DNA of 64,000 nucleotides, taken from positions 1,024,001 through 1,088,000 of the forward strand of contig JBMNFY010000017.1 of the NCBI GenBank assembly GCA_050949565.1, in the 5' to 3' direction. Each line of letters opens with the position of its first letter. The stretch's first letter is position 1. Source of the stretch: Kiritimatiellia bacterium. GTDB lineage: Bacteria; Verrucomicrobiota; Kiritimatiellia; RFP12; UBA1067. Shown here one piece after another: positions 1 to 10,800 of this stretch. Under the pieces are notes generated by a model. That model was not told the origin of the DNA. It saw only the letters and a program-made list of their open reading frames with translations, and did not search any database. Made by a program: the position numbers and the translations under genes.

Positions 1-124
1 CGAACGCCTCGTAGGTCACGACATCCTCGCCCCCTTGGCCTTCAGCCGGTTCTGCACCATAAACGATCTGCGCCCCGCACACGACCGTCACCAAAAATCC
101 GATCATCGTCATCTTCATCATCAT
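1..124 (-). CDS. 5' end of a secreted protein running off the window; possibly a pectin-lyase-fold/glycoside hydrolase
   Basis: Manual translation MMKMKMTMIGFLVTVVCGAQIVYGAEPAEGQGGEDVVTYEAF(G): signal peptide and a VTYExFG start typical of Pectate_lyase_3-like domains; GGAGG RBS upstream. Confidence 0.55.
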   Translation of the reverse strand, partial: MMMKMTMIGFLVTVVCGAQIVYGAEPAEGQGGEDVVTYEAF

Positions 125-162
125 CACGTCCCCCTCCCTCTCGTCACCCTATCGGCAACGCA

Positions 163-966
163 TCATTTTTTCTGATAAAACCGGACATAGTCAATTTCGT
201 AGCGTTGCGGGAAAATCGAATCATCGATCCCCTTCTGGCCTCCCCAACTTCCACCGATCGCCAGATTCAAGATCAGGTAGTGCGGCTTGTGAAAAGGATT
301 GGCGTCATCCACTCCGGCCTTGGACAGCGGACAGGTGAAGTAGAGGGTTTCATCGTAGTAGAAGTCCATGCGGTCGGCGAACCACTCCACGGCATAGATG
401 TGGAAGTCGTCCGACGGCTTCTGATCGTTCAGCTTGCCTCCGGACGAGGTGTGCCTTCCCTTCCCTGTGTCGAACCAATGCAAGTTCGCATGAACGGTGG
501 CCGGCTCATGTCCCACGAACTCCATGATGTCAATCTCACCGCAGCGCGGCCAGCCGATGCCGTGGATGTTCGTGCCGAGCATCCAGATCGCCGGCCACAT
601 GCCGCGCCCGCGCGGCAGCTTGGCCCTGACCTCCACGCGTCCGTAGGCCAACGCGAATGTACCATCCGTGGTCACGCTTGCCGCCGTGTACGACGCGGTC
701 TTACCATCCGGCGCGGTATAAGCCTCCTTGCGCCCTTCAATGATCAGTCGGCCATTCTCAACACGCGCATTTTCCGCACGATTGACCGTATAGTATTGTG
801 CTTCCTTGTTGCGCACAAATCCCTTTTCATAGGTCCATTTGGACGGGTCGGGTAATCCGTCCCGATCAAATTCATCCGCCCACACCAGCGTCCATCCCGC
901 GCGTGTCTGCGCTGAGACCGTCACCGCGGCCAACACGGCCATTACCGCCATCCCCCACTGCTTCAT
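163..966 (-). CDS. Glycoside hydrolase family 16 (laminarinase/beta-glucanase-like), secreted
   Basis: WPAIWMLG and GEIDIMEFVG catalytic ExDxxE motif, LVWADEFD N-terminus, signal peptide; start placed at MKQW after GGGAGG. Confidence 0.93.
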   Translation of the reverse strand: MKQWGMAVMAVLAAVTVSAQTRAGWTLVWADEFDRDGLPDPSKWTYEKGFVRNKEAQYYTVNRAENARVENGRLIIEGRKEAYTAPDGKTASYTAASVTTDGTFALAYGRVEVRAKLPRGRGMWPAIWMLGTNIHGIGWPRCGEIDIMEFVGHEPATVHANLHWFDTGKGRHTSSGGKLNDQKPSDDFHIYAVEWFADRMDFYYDETLYFTCPLSKAGVDDANPFHKPHYLILNLAIGGSWGGQKGIDDSIFPQRYEIDYVRFYQKK

Positions 967-985
967 ACACCCTCCCTTTTCCCTT

Positions 986-3900
986 TCACTCAACTTCGTA
1001 CAACGCCCCGAACACCTGTTCCGACAACGCGCCGTCCAACGTCAGCGGCGTAACCTGCACTTCGACCACGCCACGCTGCGTGAGCGTGAACGGCTCCTTG
1101 TACTCCGGCGAATCCGCCTTCGGCGCACTGCCGTCCAACGTGTAACGCACACGTACCGATGGCTCTTTGACAAGCCGGATTTGCGTACCACGCGCCACAC
1201 GCCCGCCCGCTGGCTCCAACCGAACCCGCCACGCCGCAGGCGACAACTCAGGCGCGATGCGCAGGTCGTCGAACAGCGACTCAAAGCGTCCCCCGCCCTT
1301 GCGGGTATCGTAGGCCGCCATGACCGTCACGATCGTATTGCCCGCAAATTTACCGAGCGGCACCGTGATCTGCGTCCATGCATCAAGCCGGCCGCGCTTG
1401 ACTCCCGGAAAAGTGGAGATGCCGTCGCGGTCCACCGAGCCGCTCTGGCGCAAGGTCTTGCCATCGGCGAACAAAAGATCAATGCCCGTGCCGCGCCCGC
1501 TTTCATTGAGCGGCTTGAACCAGTAGGTCAGGACCGTGTCGGGCATCACAAAAACCGGTTGCTTGAACAGCGTCTGATACACGAAGGAGTATGCGGGATC
1601 ATCGGAAACCCCGGCGAGCCGCACGGCGTAGCGCCCGCTGTGCGCGTCCGCGCGTTCGACCGCACCGCAACGGTTGTCGCTCACCCGGCGCAACCCGCCA
1701 CCCCGCGTGGCCACCGTGTCAACAACTGCCGCAGGCTCGCCCGGTTCAAACCCGCTCGCCAACTGCGTCGGCACGTCCCCCGGATCCAGTGCGGGCGGCA
1801 CCGACGACAGCGAATTCGCGAAAGTCCGCACATGACGGCGGTCCGCCTCAACCCGCAAGGGACCGCGCTCGAACAGCGTGCCCACCACCTCGCCCCGTGC
1901 CGGAGCCGAGAAGGACAGATGCGGCGACAGCACGCGATCAAACACACCGTTGAGCACCTCCAAGCGTCCGGCCCGTGCCTCGATTGGCCCGGTCAGCGTG
2001 TTGAACTGTTCGAGCCGCACCGTGCCGCTTCCCTCCAGAATAGCCGTGGCCGGTCCCGCCCACATCTGCGAATTTAGCAATCGCGCTGTGCCGCGATCGG
2101 CGGGTAGCGTGACAATCGCGGCCTGCGCCCAGTCGCCCAACGACACGAGCTGCGTCAGCGCCATATCGACGCGCGCGCCACGCGTCATCTCAAACACCAC
2201 GGCCCGGCTGCCCGTGTCCGTGCCGTGCATCAGCACCTGCGCGCGGCAGTCGCCGCGAAATGCGAGTCCGTCATAAGCCGCATACAAGAAGGTTCCCCGC
2301 AGCCGCGCATCCCGGCAATCACGTATGACGATCCCCTCAAGATGCTCACGCTGAAATTGAATGACGCGCCCGCCCACATCGCCGGGCCGCTCGCCCTCCA
2401 CGCGCGGCAAATCCTTCGGCAGGCGACAGGCGTAATGCGGATTGAACTGCACATCCTCGATCCAGCCGGTCGCCTTGCATCCACCCACGAACAAGCCGCG
2501 CCGGAACATCGCGCCAGCGAGATACGAGACCCGGTGGCCGTCGCTACGGTGTGTGGCAAGATCAACCGCTTGCCAGGCGTTGCCGATCGTCACATCCTTC
2601 AGCCAACAGTGCTTTCCGAGCGCACGCACGGTCCACGGATACGGTTCCGGTGCCTTCAACGGTTGCTCTGGATACCAGAAGGTCACGCCCCGCAAGCCGG
2701 AGCCGCCAGCCAAACTCACAAAGGGCGATCCCGATTCCGCGCCACGGTTATGATAGACCAGCAGGACCGTCCCGCCCGATACCGTGTGATGCGGCACATC
2801 CGAACAACCGCGCAACTCCACGCCAGTCGGCACGACGATGTCGCCCCGAAACGCATACCGCCCGCCGGGCACATAGACCGTACCGCCGCCGGGATTCGCG
2901 CCCGCTTTGTCCAGCGCCGCCTGAAACGCCGCCGCGTTATCCTCGCGCTCCGGCGACGCACCAAATGCGGTCACCACAAACAGCGCATCGGACTTTGGTC
3001 GCGGGAACGGCGGCGGATCACCCCAGACAACCGGTTCGCCCGCCTTGCCGCAAGCTGCCGCGTGAACCATCACATCGCCAGCCGCATCCAATCCGTCCAC
3101 GCGCGCCTTTGCGGCGTCGAATCCGAGCAACCGCACTCGACGGGCCGCCAACGTGGCGCGCCCCAGTGCGCAATCCATCGCTGTGAGTTGGCCGTCAGGC
3201 ACACAAGTCACGTCGGCCGTCGCAAGGTCGCAGGCATGAAAGGTCACCACACCGCTGCCGTCGTTGGCCGTCACGCCGTCGAACCGACACGAATGGAACT
3301 GCACCACGGCATCAAAGGAGGGTGTGCCGAACCACGCATGTTCGGTACCCGCGAACTCGCAACAGTATGCGGAGAGACCGACCTGATTCAACGCCTGCAC
3401 TTCACAGGCGCGTCCGCAACCGGTGAGACGCGACTCCGCCATCACCGCATTAGTAGTGCCGCGCGCGCCCTTGCGGAAAACCAAACCACGACGGTATCCG
3501 AAGACTTCCAGCCGCCAAATATACTCCCAGTCGCTACGACCAATCATCACGCCAACCGTGTCTTCGCGCAACAGGTGGTCGCGCAGCGCGGACGCGGACG
3601 GCACACCAGGCAGACCGCTCTCCAGCCAGACCGCTGGCGCGACCGTCACCTTGCTGATGCGCCCGATGTCGGTGGTGCTGTCGATCTCAATGCCGGTCTT
3701 CAATGCGCAGATTTTGAGATTGCGGAAAGTGTGTAGCTCATTGCCGTCCGGCCCGATGCAGATCGCTTTCCAAGCGTTGACAAAGGTGCAGTCCGCCACG
3801 GTCTGATTGTCGTTGGCGGGCATCGTGGCATTCTTGATGGTCCAAGGATAAGGCACCGGATCAGGCAACCGCTGTTCTGGATACCAGAAGGTCAGCCCTA

Positions 3901-4291
3901 CCAGACCGCCGCCGCGCTCAATCGAAAAGGTGGCGGGCGCGTCCTCGCGACCCTTGTCCGCCGTGATACTCAAGAGTGTTCCGGCCCCGGGGGCCTGTGC
4001 GGAAAAGTCACCGCGCAGCGTCACGCCTTCACGCACGATAATGCGCGAGGCGATGCGGTATGTGCCCGCCGCCGCGAACACCGTACCGCCGCCGCGCTGC
4101 GCCGTCCGGTCGATCGCGGCCTGCAAGAACGGCGCGGCATCGGTGTCGGTTGCGGCAGGCGGCGTCACGATCTCTTCGGCAATCACCAGATCGGACGTCG
4201 GGAAGCGGGGCGTCACCGCCTGTGGTCCGGCCCACGTCGCCGCTGTCACCGCCGCCACCAGAACGGCGACTCCTATTTTTTGCGCTGTCAT
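986..4291 (-). CDS. Secreted double beta-helix (Pectate_lyase_3/GH55-like) protein with C-terminal CBM-like and Fn3-associated/chitobiase domains
   Basis: Two DxxxAxQAAxD...GGGTV..xG.Y modules; C-terminal VRYTLDGSAP motif; signal peptide. Confidence 0.75.
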   Translation of the reverse strand: MTAQKIGVAVLVAAVTAATWAGPQAVTPRFPTSDLVIAEEIVTPPAATDTDAAPFLQAAIDRTAQRGGGTVFAAAGTYRIASRIIVREGVTLRGDFSAQAPGAGTLLSITADKGREDAPATFSIERGGGLVGLTFWYPEQRLPDPVPYPWTIKNATMPANDNQTVADCTFVNAWKAICIGPDGNELHTFRNLKICALKTGIEIDSTTDIGRISKVTVAPAVWLESGLPGVPSASALRDHLLREDTVGVMIGRSDWEYIWRLEVFGYRRGLVFRKGARGTTNAVMAESRLTGCGRACEVQALNQVGLSAYCCEFAGTEHAWFGTPSFDAVVQFHSCRFDGVTANDGSGVVTFHACDLATADVTCVPDGQLTAMDCALGRATLAARRVRLLGFDAAKARVDGLDAAGDVMVHAAACGKAGEPVVWGDPPPFPRPKSDALFVVTAFGASPEREDNAAAFQAALDKAGANPGGGTVYVPGGRYAFRGDIVVPTGVELRGCSDVPHHTVSGGTVLLVYHNRGAESGSPFVSLAGGSGLRGVTFWYPEQPLKAPEPYPWTVRALGKHCWLKDVTIGNAWQAVDLATHRSDGHRVSYLAGAMFRRGLFVGGCKATGWIEDVQFNPHYACRLPKDLPRVEGERPGDVGGRVIQFQREHLEGIVIRDCRDARLRGTFLYAAYDGLAFRGDCRAQVLMHGTDTGSRAVVFEMTRGARVDMALTQLVSLGDWAQAAIVTLPADRGTARLLNSQMWAGPATAILEGSGTVRLEQFNTLTGPIEARAGRLEVLNGVFDRVLSPHLSFSAPARGEVVGTLFERGPLRVEADRRHVRTFANSLSSVPPALDPGDVPTQLASGFEPGEPAAVVDTVATRGGGLRRVSDNRCGAVERADAHSGRYAVRLAGVSDDPAYSFVYQTLFKQPVFVMPDTVLTYWFKPLNESGRGTGIDLLFADGKTLRQSGSVDRDGISTFPGVKRGRLDAWTQITVPLGKFAGNTIVTVMAAYDTRKGGGRFESLFDDLRIAPELSPAAWRVRLEPAGGRVARGTQIRLVKEPSVRVRYTLDGSAPKADSPEYKEPFTLTQRGVVEVQVTPLTLDGALSEQVFGALYEVE

Positions 4292-6018
4292 TCCCGTACG
4301 ATCCTGACGCCGTCGGGCGCCTGTATCTCGCTTTTGACCGAACCGTCGGCCTGTCGTGTATGCTTAACCTTGATCACGCCCAACGGTGTCGGGAACGCGC
4401 CTTCGGCCCAGGCCAACCCGCCCAGATACGGTTTGACGCGCACCGTTTTGCAACCGACCTCCACCGGCTGGATGCCCAGCACATGCGCGATCAGCCAAGG
4501 TGCCGGTCCCGACGACCAGCCATGACAGAGGCTGTGCCTGAACCCCTTGTAACAGAACTCGCCATAGTCACCGTGGATATCTTTCTTGCCCGGCACCGGC
4601 AGCTCATCAATGCGGAACGCCTGATTCGTCCAAGCGACATTGAAATCCTCCCAGAAACTGGTAGCGCCCATATCCAGCATCGCGCCCCAGTAGTCGCGCA
4701 CCGTGTCGATGCCGCGTTGCAGGTCGCCCGCCTTAGCCAGCGCTTCAAGCATGTAGTAGCCGTAGAAGGTCGAAACACCCTGCACGCCGTTGCGCGACAA
4801 CACCTGCTCGTGCATGGCCGCCGGCTCGGCGAGCCCCGAGAGCGCGAGCAGCGCAGCCGCCTGCTTGCTGTCGTGCGGCTCAGGACGCACTTTGCGCAGC
4901 CGCGCCGCGCCCTCCGTACAGCGTGCGGCGAGTTCAGTGTCGCCCAACACAGAGGCCAGACGCGCGCCGTCTTCGAGCGCCATCAGCATCAGCGCCTGCA
5001 TACCGGCGTCGACCGCCTTGCGGTTGTGCTGAGTCGGCCAATCCAGAAAGCCACTCGGCAATCCATAGTGACCTTCAGGCGTGATGTGCTTCAGCACATT
5101 CGCGAGCACGTCTTTGAGATACGCCTGCTGCTTGGCCAGATACGCCCGGTCGCCCGTGTAGCGGTACCAATCGTGTTGGCAACGGATCCACCACAACGTA
5201 TACGAAGGCATGGTGTTCATCCAGCGATCCGCCGGTGTGGTTTGCCGCATGTAATCCAGCGAATCGGTCAGCACCTGCTGCGGACCGAACACCGCCATCA
5301 GCGCCATGACCTCGGGGTGCATGTCCCCCATCCACACCAACCGGTCGCGCTTGATGCCATCCCAAATGTACTCTTGGCAACAGAGATGCAGCGTGCGGGC
5401 CGCAGTCGCCCAGATTTGGTTCAGGCGCTCATCGCTGCACGTGAACGCACCAAGCTGCGGCATGGGCCGCATCAGCGACACCGCGCGGATCGACTCCAGA
5501 CTCAGCACACCGGGCGAAACCAGATCCACGCGCACAAAACGGAAACCGGTATTACCCAGTTCGCGCGTGCCGAACCACGGCAACTCCACCACATCATCGC
5601 GAATCGCATGATCGTTGCAAGCTCCCCGCTCGCCGAGTTCAGCCATAGCCTCGGCGGCCGACTCGCCAAAGCGCAGGCGCACCTTCATCCCCTTTTTGCT
5701 CGGTCCGCCCGAAGCGAGTTGTACGCCGCCATGCAACTCACGCCCGAAATCCACCAACAGCGAAGCTGGCGCGCCCTTATTCTCCATGCGGCATCCAGAA
5801 CCCGCCAAAAAGATACCCTCCGGCACCTGCCCGTGCTTCTCCTTCAGCAGGATGTCGGCGTTCTCAACCCGCGACGAAGGCGTATTGGCCGAGGTCCACA
5901 TCACGCGCTGCGGCATGATCAGCGTACGCACGCGCGGATCCGTCCACCCCTCCTCCGCCCATACATCGGCCATCATGCAGACCGCCATGCTCACCATAAT
6001 CATCCCGATTCTTCTCAT
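4288..6018 (-). CDS. Alpha-L-rhamnosidase (GH78 family)
   Basis: DGIKRDRLVWMGD, GATSFWEDF and SLCHGWSSGP motifs; signal peptide. Confidence 0.9.
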   Translation of the reverse strand: MRRIGMIMVSMAVCMMADVWAEEGWTDPRVRTLIMPQRVMWTSANTPSSRVENADILLKEKHGQVPEGIFLAGSGCRMENKGAPASLLVDFGRELHGGVQLASGGPSKKGMKVRLRFGESAAEAMAELGERGACNDHAIRDDVVELPWFGTRELGNTGFRFVRVDLVSPGVLSLESIRAVSLMRPMPQLGAFTCSDERLNQIWATAARTLHLCCQEYIWDGIKRDRLVWMGDMHPEVMALMAVFGPQQVLTDSLDYMRQTTPADRWMNTMPSYTLWWIRCQHDWYRYTGDRAYLAKQQAYLKDVLANVLKHITPEGHYGLPSGFLDWPTQHNRKAVDAGMQALMLMALEDGARLASVLGDTELAARCTEGAARLRKVRPEPHDSKQAAALLALSGLAEPAAMHEQVLSRNGVQGVSTFYGYYMLEALAKAGDLQRGIDTVRDYWGAMLDMGATSFWEDFNVAWTNQAFRIDELPVPGKKDIHGDYGEFCYKGFRHSLCHGWSSGPAPWLIAHVLGIQPVEVGCKTVRVKPYLGGLAWAEGAFPTPLGVIKVKHTRQADGSVKSEIQAPDGVRIVRE

Positions 6019-6356
6019 CCCTTTCCTCCTCTAAAAACTTGAACTCGAAGGTTGAGCGTTTCAGCTATCCCTAAAAACCTTTTCACGACACAGTGTAATC
6101 CCCTCCGCATATCAAATGCAAGGGCGCGATTCAACTCCGGGCGCGATTCAAATAGTTGATGGTTAGGCGGCTGTCAGATGGGATTTGAGTCGTGCGGCGA
6201 GCGCGCAGATCGCGGCGGCCGGGCGAAAAACTCCCGCCAGGATGCCGCTACTCTATCATCTATTTTGAGTTACACCCCTGCCCCAACGATCGCTCGCTAT
6301 TCACTTTTCACATCCCGCGCAATCGTGATACCCTCATTGCGATGGCAGGAAAAAAC

Positions 6357-7769
6357 ATGATGAATACGACACGGCGTGAATTTGCTCAAGGGATTTTGAC
6401 CTTTATCGGCGGGACGGCCTTCCCATTCGACCTGTTTGCCGACGCGGGGCGTCCGGCATTGAGATTCGGTGCGATTACCGATGTCCACATCGGCGGGCGC
6501 GGTACGGCCAAAGCCAATCTGGAGAAGACGTTGCGATGGCTGTCCACCCAAGCGATTGATGCTGTCGTCTGTACGGGCGACATCGCCCACACGGGGCTCA
6601 TCCAAGAGATCGAGCCGTTCGCCGAAGTCTGGCACCAAGTCTTCCCCGGCGGTAAGTCGCCTGACGGACGGAAAGTCGAACTGATGATCGCCACCGGCAA
6701 CCACGACGTGGATGGTTACTCCGGACGTTGGAAGGGTTTTTCCGAGGAGAAACTCCGCGCGTGCCGAATTACCCATCGCGACAACCCCGAGCGCCTGTGG
6801 CAGCGCCTCTTCAACGACAAATGGGAACTCATCTGGCGCAAAGAGGTGAAGGGCTACACCTTCATCGGTTCGCAGTGGCAGAGTCTCAATCCGCCCATCG
6901 AGGCGTACATGCAGGAGCATGCGGACACGCTCAAGGGGACGAAACCGTTCTTCTACTGCCAACATGCTGTCCCCCGGGGAACGTGCGGTGACCCCGGCAG
7001 CTCAGACACGGGCGCGTCCACGCGGGCGTTGACATCGTTCCCGAACGCGGTGGCGATCAGCGGACACTCGCATCTCACGCCGGCCAACGAGTTGATCGTC
7101 TGGCAAGGGGCGTTCACCTCTATCGGTTCGGGGTGCTTGCACGAAGGGGGCAGCCCGTTCAAAAATTACGAGAACGCCTCGGCCTTCTGGCACCCGACCT
7201 TCAAACAGCGCAAGATGGCACCGATCGGTGACCCGCTCGCCTGGGGTGGCGATCCCTCGGGCGCCTGCTTCATGCTTTACGAAGTCTATGACGATCATCT
7301 GGTGGTGCATCGTCGTTCCGTGCCGTATGAGTGCCCTATCGGCCCTGCCTTTGTGATCCCGATTCCCGCGCGGCCGGATGGTCCGTTCGATCTCAAGCGC
7401 CGGGCCGCGGCGCGCCACCCGCCGCAATTCCCCACACAGGCGAAGGTAGTGGTTAAGACCTGTCCCGACGGCCATCCGCTAGCGGGCAAGTCGTTCGAAG
7501 GGAAGCCTTGCGTGTACGTGACATTCCCGCATGCCAAGAGCGTTGCAGGCGGCAGGCGCGTCTATGACTACGTGGTTGTAGCCGAAGCCGCCGACAAGAA
7601 GATCGTCCGCGAGATCCTCGCCGCCGGGTACTGCCGTCCAGAGGGCTTCGCTGACCTGCCGGGCGAATGTATCTTCCTCCAAGACGAACTGCCCGCTGCG
7701 CAGGACACTCGTTATACCGTCACGCCCCGCGACTGTTTTGGCAACGCAGGGGTATCCATCAAAAGCTGA
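6357..7769 (+). CDS. Tat-exported calcineurin-like metallophosphoesterase
   Basis: TRREF twin-arginine signal; DVH, GD, GNHD and GHSH motifs. Confidence 0.88.
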   Translation: MMNTTRREFAQGILTFIGGTAFPFDLFADAGRPALRFGAITDVHIGGRGTAKANLEKTLRWLSTQAIDAVVCTGDIAHTGLIQEIEPFAEVWHQVFPGGKSPDGRKVELMIATGNHDVDGYSGRWKGFSEEKLRACRITHRDNPERLWQRLFNDKWELIWRKEVKGYTFIGSQWQSLNPPIEAYMQEHADTLKGTKPFFYCQHAVPRGTCGDPGSSDTGASTRALTSFPNAVAISGHSHLTPANELIVWQGAFTSIGSGCLHEGGSPFKNYENASAFWHPTFKQRKMAPIGDPLAWGGDPSGACFMLYEVYDDHLVVHRRSVPYECPIGPAFVIPIPARPDGPFDLKRRAAARHPPQFPTQAKVVVKTCPDGHPLAGKSFEGKPCVYVTFPHAKSVAGGRRVYDYVVVAEAADKKIVREILAAGYCRPEGFADLPGECIFLQDELPAAQDTRYTVTPRDCFGNAGVSIKS

Positions 7770-7872
7770 TCGTCGATTGCGGATTGTCCGATATCCACCT
7801 TTTGCGCTTGTCAGTCTCCCTCGTGAAGCGGTATGCTTACCATAACCGTGATCTAAGACGGAAGGAGTAGTC

Positions 7873-10800
7873 ATGAAAAAAATGTTATTCACCTTGTTCG
7901 CTACATGTGTGGCGGTGACTTCTGTGTCATTGGCCCAAGATCCAGACACGAGTGACTATGCCGTGATCGACCTGTCTGAAGGTAGCGCGGCGGTCAGTTA
8001 TCCCATCTCGTACATGACGAGTGTACCTGCTGGCGGTTGGACGAACGACCTCGCCTATGTGACCAACAAGCTCGTCCTGCGCAAGATCGTCGAGACGAAC
8101 GGCACGTTTTACTATATGGGTGTCTTTGAACTGACGCGAGGGCAATTGAACTGTCTAAGGGGCACCAGCTATAGCGACCCTCAACTGCCGGTTACAGGCG
8201 CGCAACATCCATACACCGACGGATCGCTTAATGAAGCCCTGCAGAAGAGCGGGTTGCTTTTTACATTCCCGACCCAAGCGCAGTGGGAATACGCTTGCCG
8301 CGCCGGTACGACAACCAGTTACCACTTTGAGGGCGGGACTGACGATCCGGCTTCGCTCGGGGATTATGCGTGGTATGTTGCCAACTCCGGTGGTAACGCC
8401 CATGAAGTCGGACAAAAGTTGCCGAATCCGTGGGGGCTCTACGATCTCTACGGCAACGTAGCGGAGTTTTGCATCGGCGATGTCTCGCGCGGCGGACATT
8501 ATGGGTCGGCCGCTGGTCCATGTTCCTCATCCGGGTTACCCTACAGTTTTGGCGCTTTCGACACGGAGTATGGCTACCGCGTCTGTGCGCGCCTGCCTCT
8601 CCTGACCGTCAACGGCGGCACCGGCGGCGGCAACTGGCTCAAGGGGACGACCAACACGGTTGCTTGGACGCCGGTAGCGCACCATAACTTCTTGTATTGG
8701 CAGGTTGATCCGCCGTCTGTGACCAATGCGCAGGGGCTGGGTGAGGCCTTTTCGGACACCAACGCCACGACCACCGTGGTCATGCCCTTTGCCGACGTGA
8801 CGCTGACGGCCATTACCGAGCCGATCCTCTATCCGCTGACAGTCGTAAACGGCTCGGGTAGCGGCAGTTACACCAACGGTCAGATCATAACGATCACGGC
8901 CAATCCCACCAACACGCTGTACTTTGAATTTACCCAATGGACTGGAGACACGCATGTGTTGGCAGAGACAACCAACGCCACCACGACAGTGACCATGCCC
9001 GGTTACCCGGTTACCGTCACAGCCAATTATGGCGACAAACGCTACGCCCTGACGGTCAATTTCGCTTCCGGAGGCGGAAACTACACGAACGGGCAAGAGG
9101 TGACGATCGGTTCGAGCACCACGCCCCCGACCGCAGGTCATGAGTTCGATCACTGGGAGGGCGACACCGCCACGGTGGCCGACGTGAACAGTGCCCCAAC
9201 CACATTCAGGATGGGCGCGACCAACATGACGTTAACCGCCATCTTCCGGCCGAAAGTCGTACCGCAAAACACCTATTTGGCGTTCAACCTCACTGACAAC
9301 ACTGCATCGTACAGCGACGCACCGCCCGTGGGCGGCTGGACCGATCAGCACAAGACCACGCAAATGGTCTTCCGCAAGATCTCTGCCGGCAGCTTCACAA
9401 TGGGGAGCGCCTCCGGTCAACCCGGTGAAACGCAACACGCTGTGACGCTCACCAGGGACTTCTACCTCGGGATCTTTGAGGTGACGCAAAAACAGTGGGA
9501 AGAGATCCGGGGAACGAAGCCCAGTTTCTTCACCGGCGATACCCTGCCGGTGGAGCGCGTCTATTACTCAGACATCCGTGGCAATAATGACGGTAAAAAC
9601 TGGCCGGCGGACAACAAGGTCGACTACGATTCCTTCATGGGGCGTCTGCGCCCGAAGAGCCCCGTGGTCAGCGCGGCCGACCTGCCGACTGAGGCGCAGT
9701 GGGAGTACGCCTGCCGCGCCGGCACGACCGGCGACTATGCCGGTCCGGTGGATGCTCTGGGCTGGCATGCGGGGAACACCGCGCCTGCCCGCACCCAAGT
9801 GGTGGGAAGCAAGCAGCCCAATCCCTGGGGACTCTATGACATGCACGGCAACGTGTGGGAGGTCTGTCTAGATTGGTATAAAATGGACTTGGGGGCTGCG
9901 GCGCAGACCGATCCGGCCGGACCGGACGGCGTGGGCCCCAGACTGCCGCCGCTTCGGGTGATGCGTGGCGGCGCCTACAATGAACCTGCGGAAGGACTTC
10001 GTTCCGCCATACGCCAGAACATGATCGCGACGAACCAGTTGGCTGGCGGCGGCAGCGCCACGAACTTGGCACTGCCATACGGCACGTACGGTTTCCGTGT
10101 CGCGCTACCGCAGTCCACCACTTCGTTTGAGTTGACGGTTGTCGGCGGCGAGGTCAACACCAGCGGCGTGTTCACGGTGGGCACCAAGATCGGCCTCTCA
10201 CCGGCACCGGCCCCCGCCGGCATGAAGTTCGGCGCCTGGCAGGTGAATCCGGTTGGGATGGACCTAGGTGCAGGGTTCTCGCCCACCAACCAGCAGCCGT
10301 TGCTGACGATGCCGGCCGCCAATTTGACAATCACGGCGATCTACATCCCCGAAGACTCCTCTGGACTCTTCCGCTTTGTGCAAAACAATCCCGGGGCGTC
10401 AGTCGAGAGCTGGCGGGCCAACGGCGAGACGTTTACGATCACCGCGCCGGCGGCGACGCCCGGATATCGCTTCAGCACCTGGACGGTAACGCCAGCCGCC
10501 TATCTCGGAGCCGGCTTCGTGTCGACCGACGCATCGACCACGGTGGTGATGCCGGCAGTGGACGTAACGGTCATTCCCACGTATGTGCTGAATGTGCCGG
10601 ATCCCATAGTGGCGACGCCAACGGCGGGCGTGGCCTTTACGCTGGATGCCGGCGCAGGCATAGACGCGGCCAAGTTTAGTGCCAGCGGCCTGCCGCGCGG
10701 CCTGCGCATCGATAATACGACCGGCACCATATCGGGCGTGCCGTCAAGGCCGGGTGACTACGTAGTAACCATCACGGCACAGTACGCGGATGGAACCACC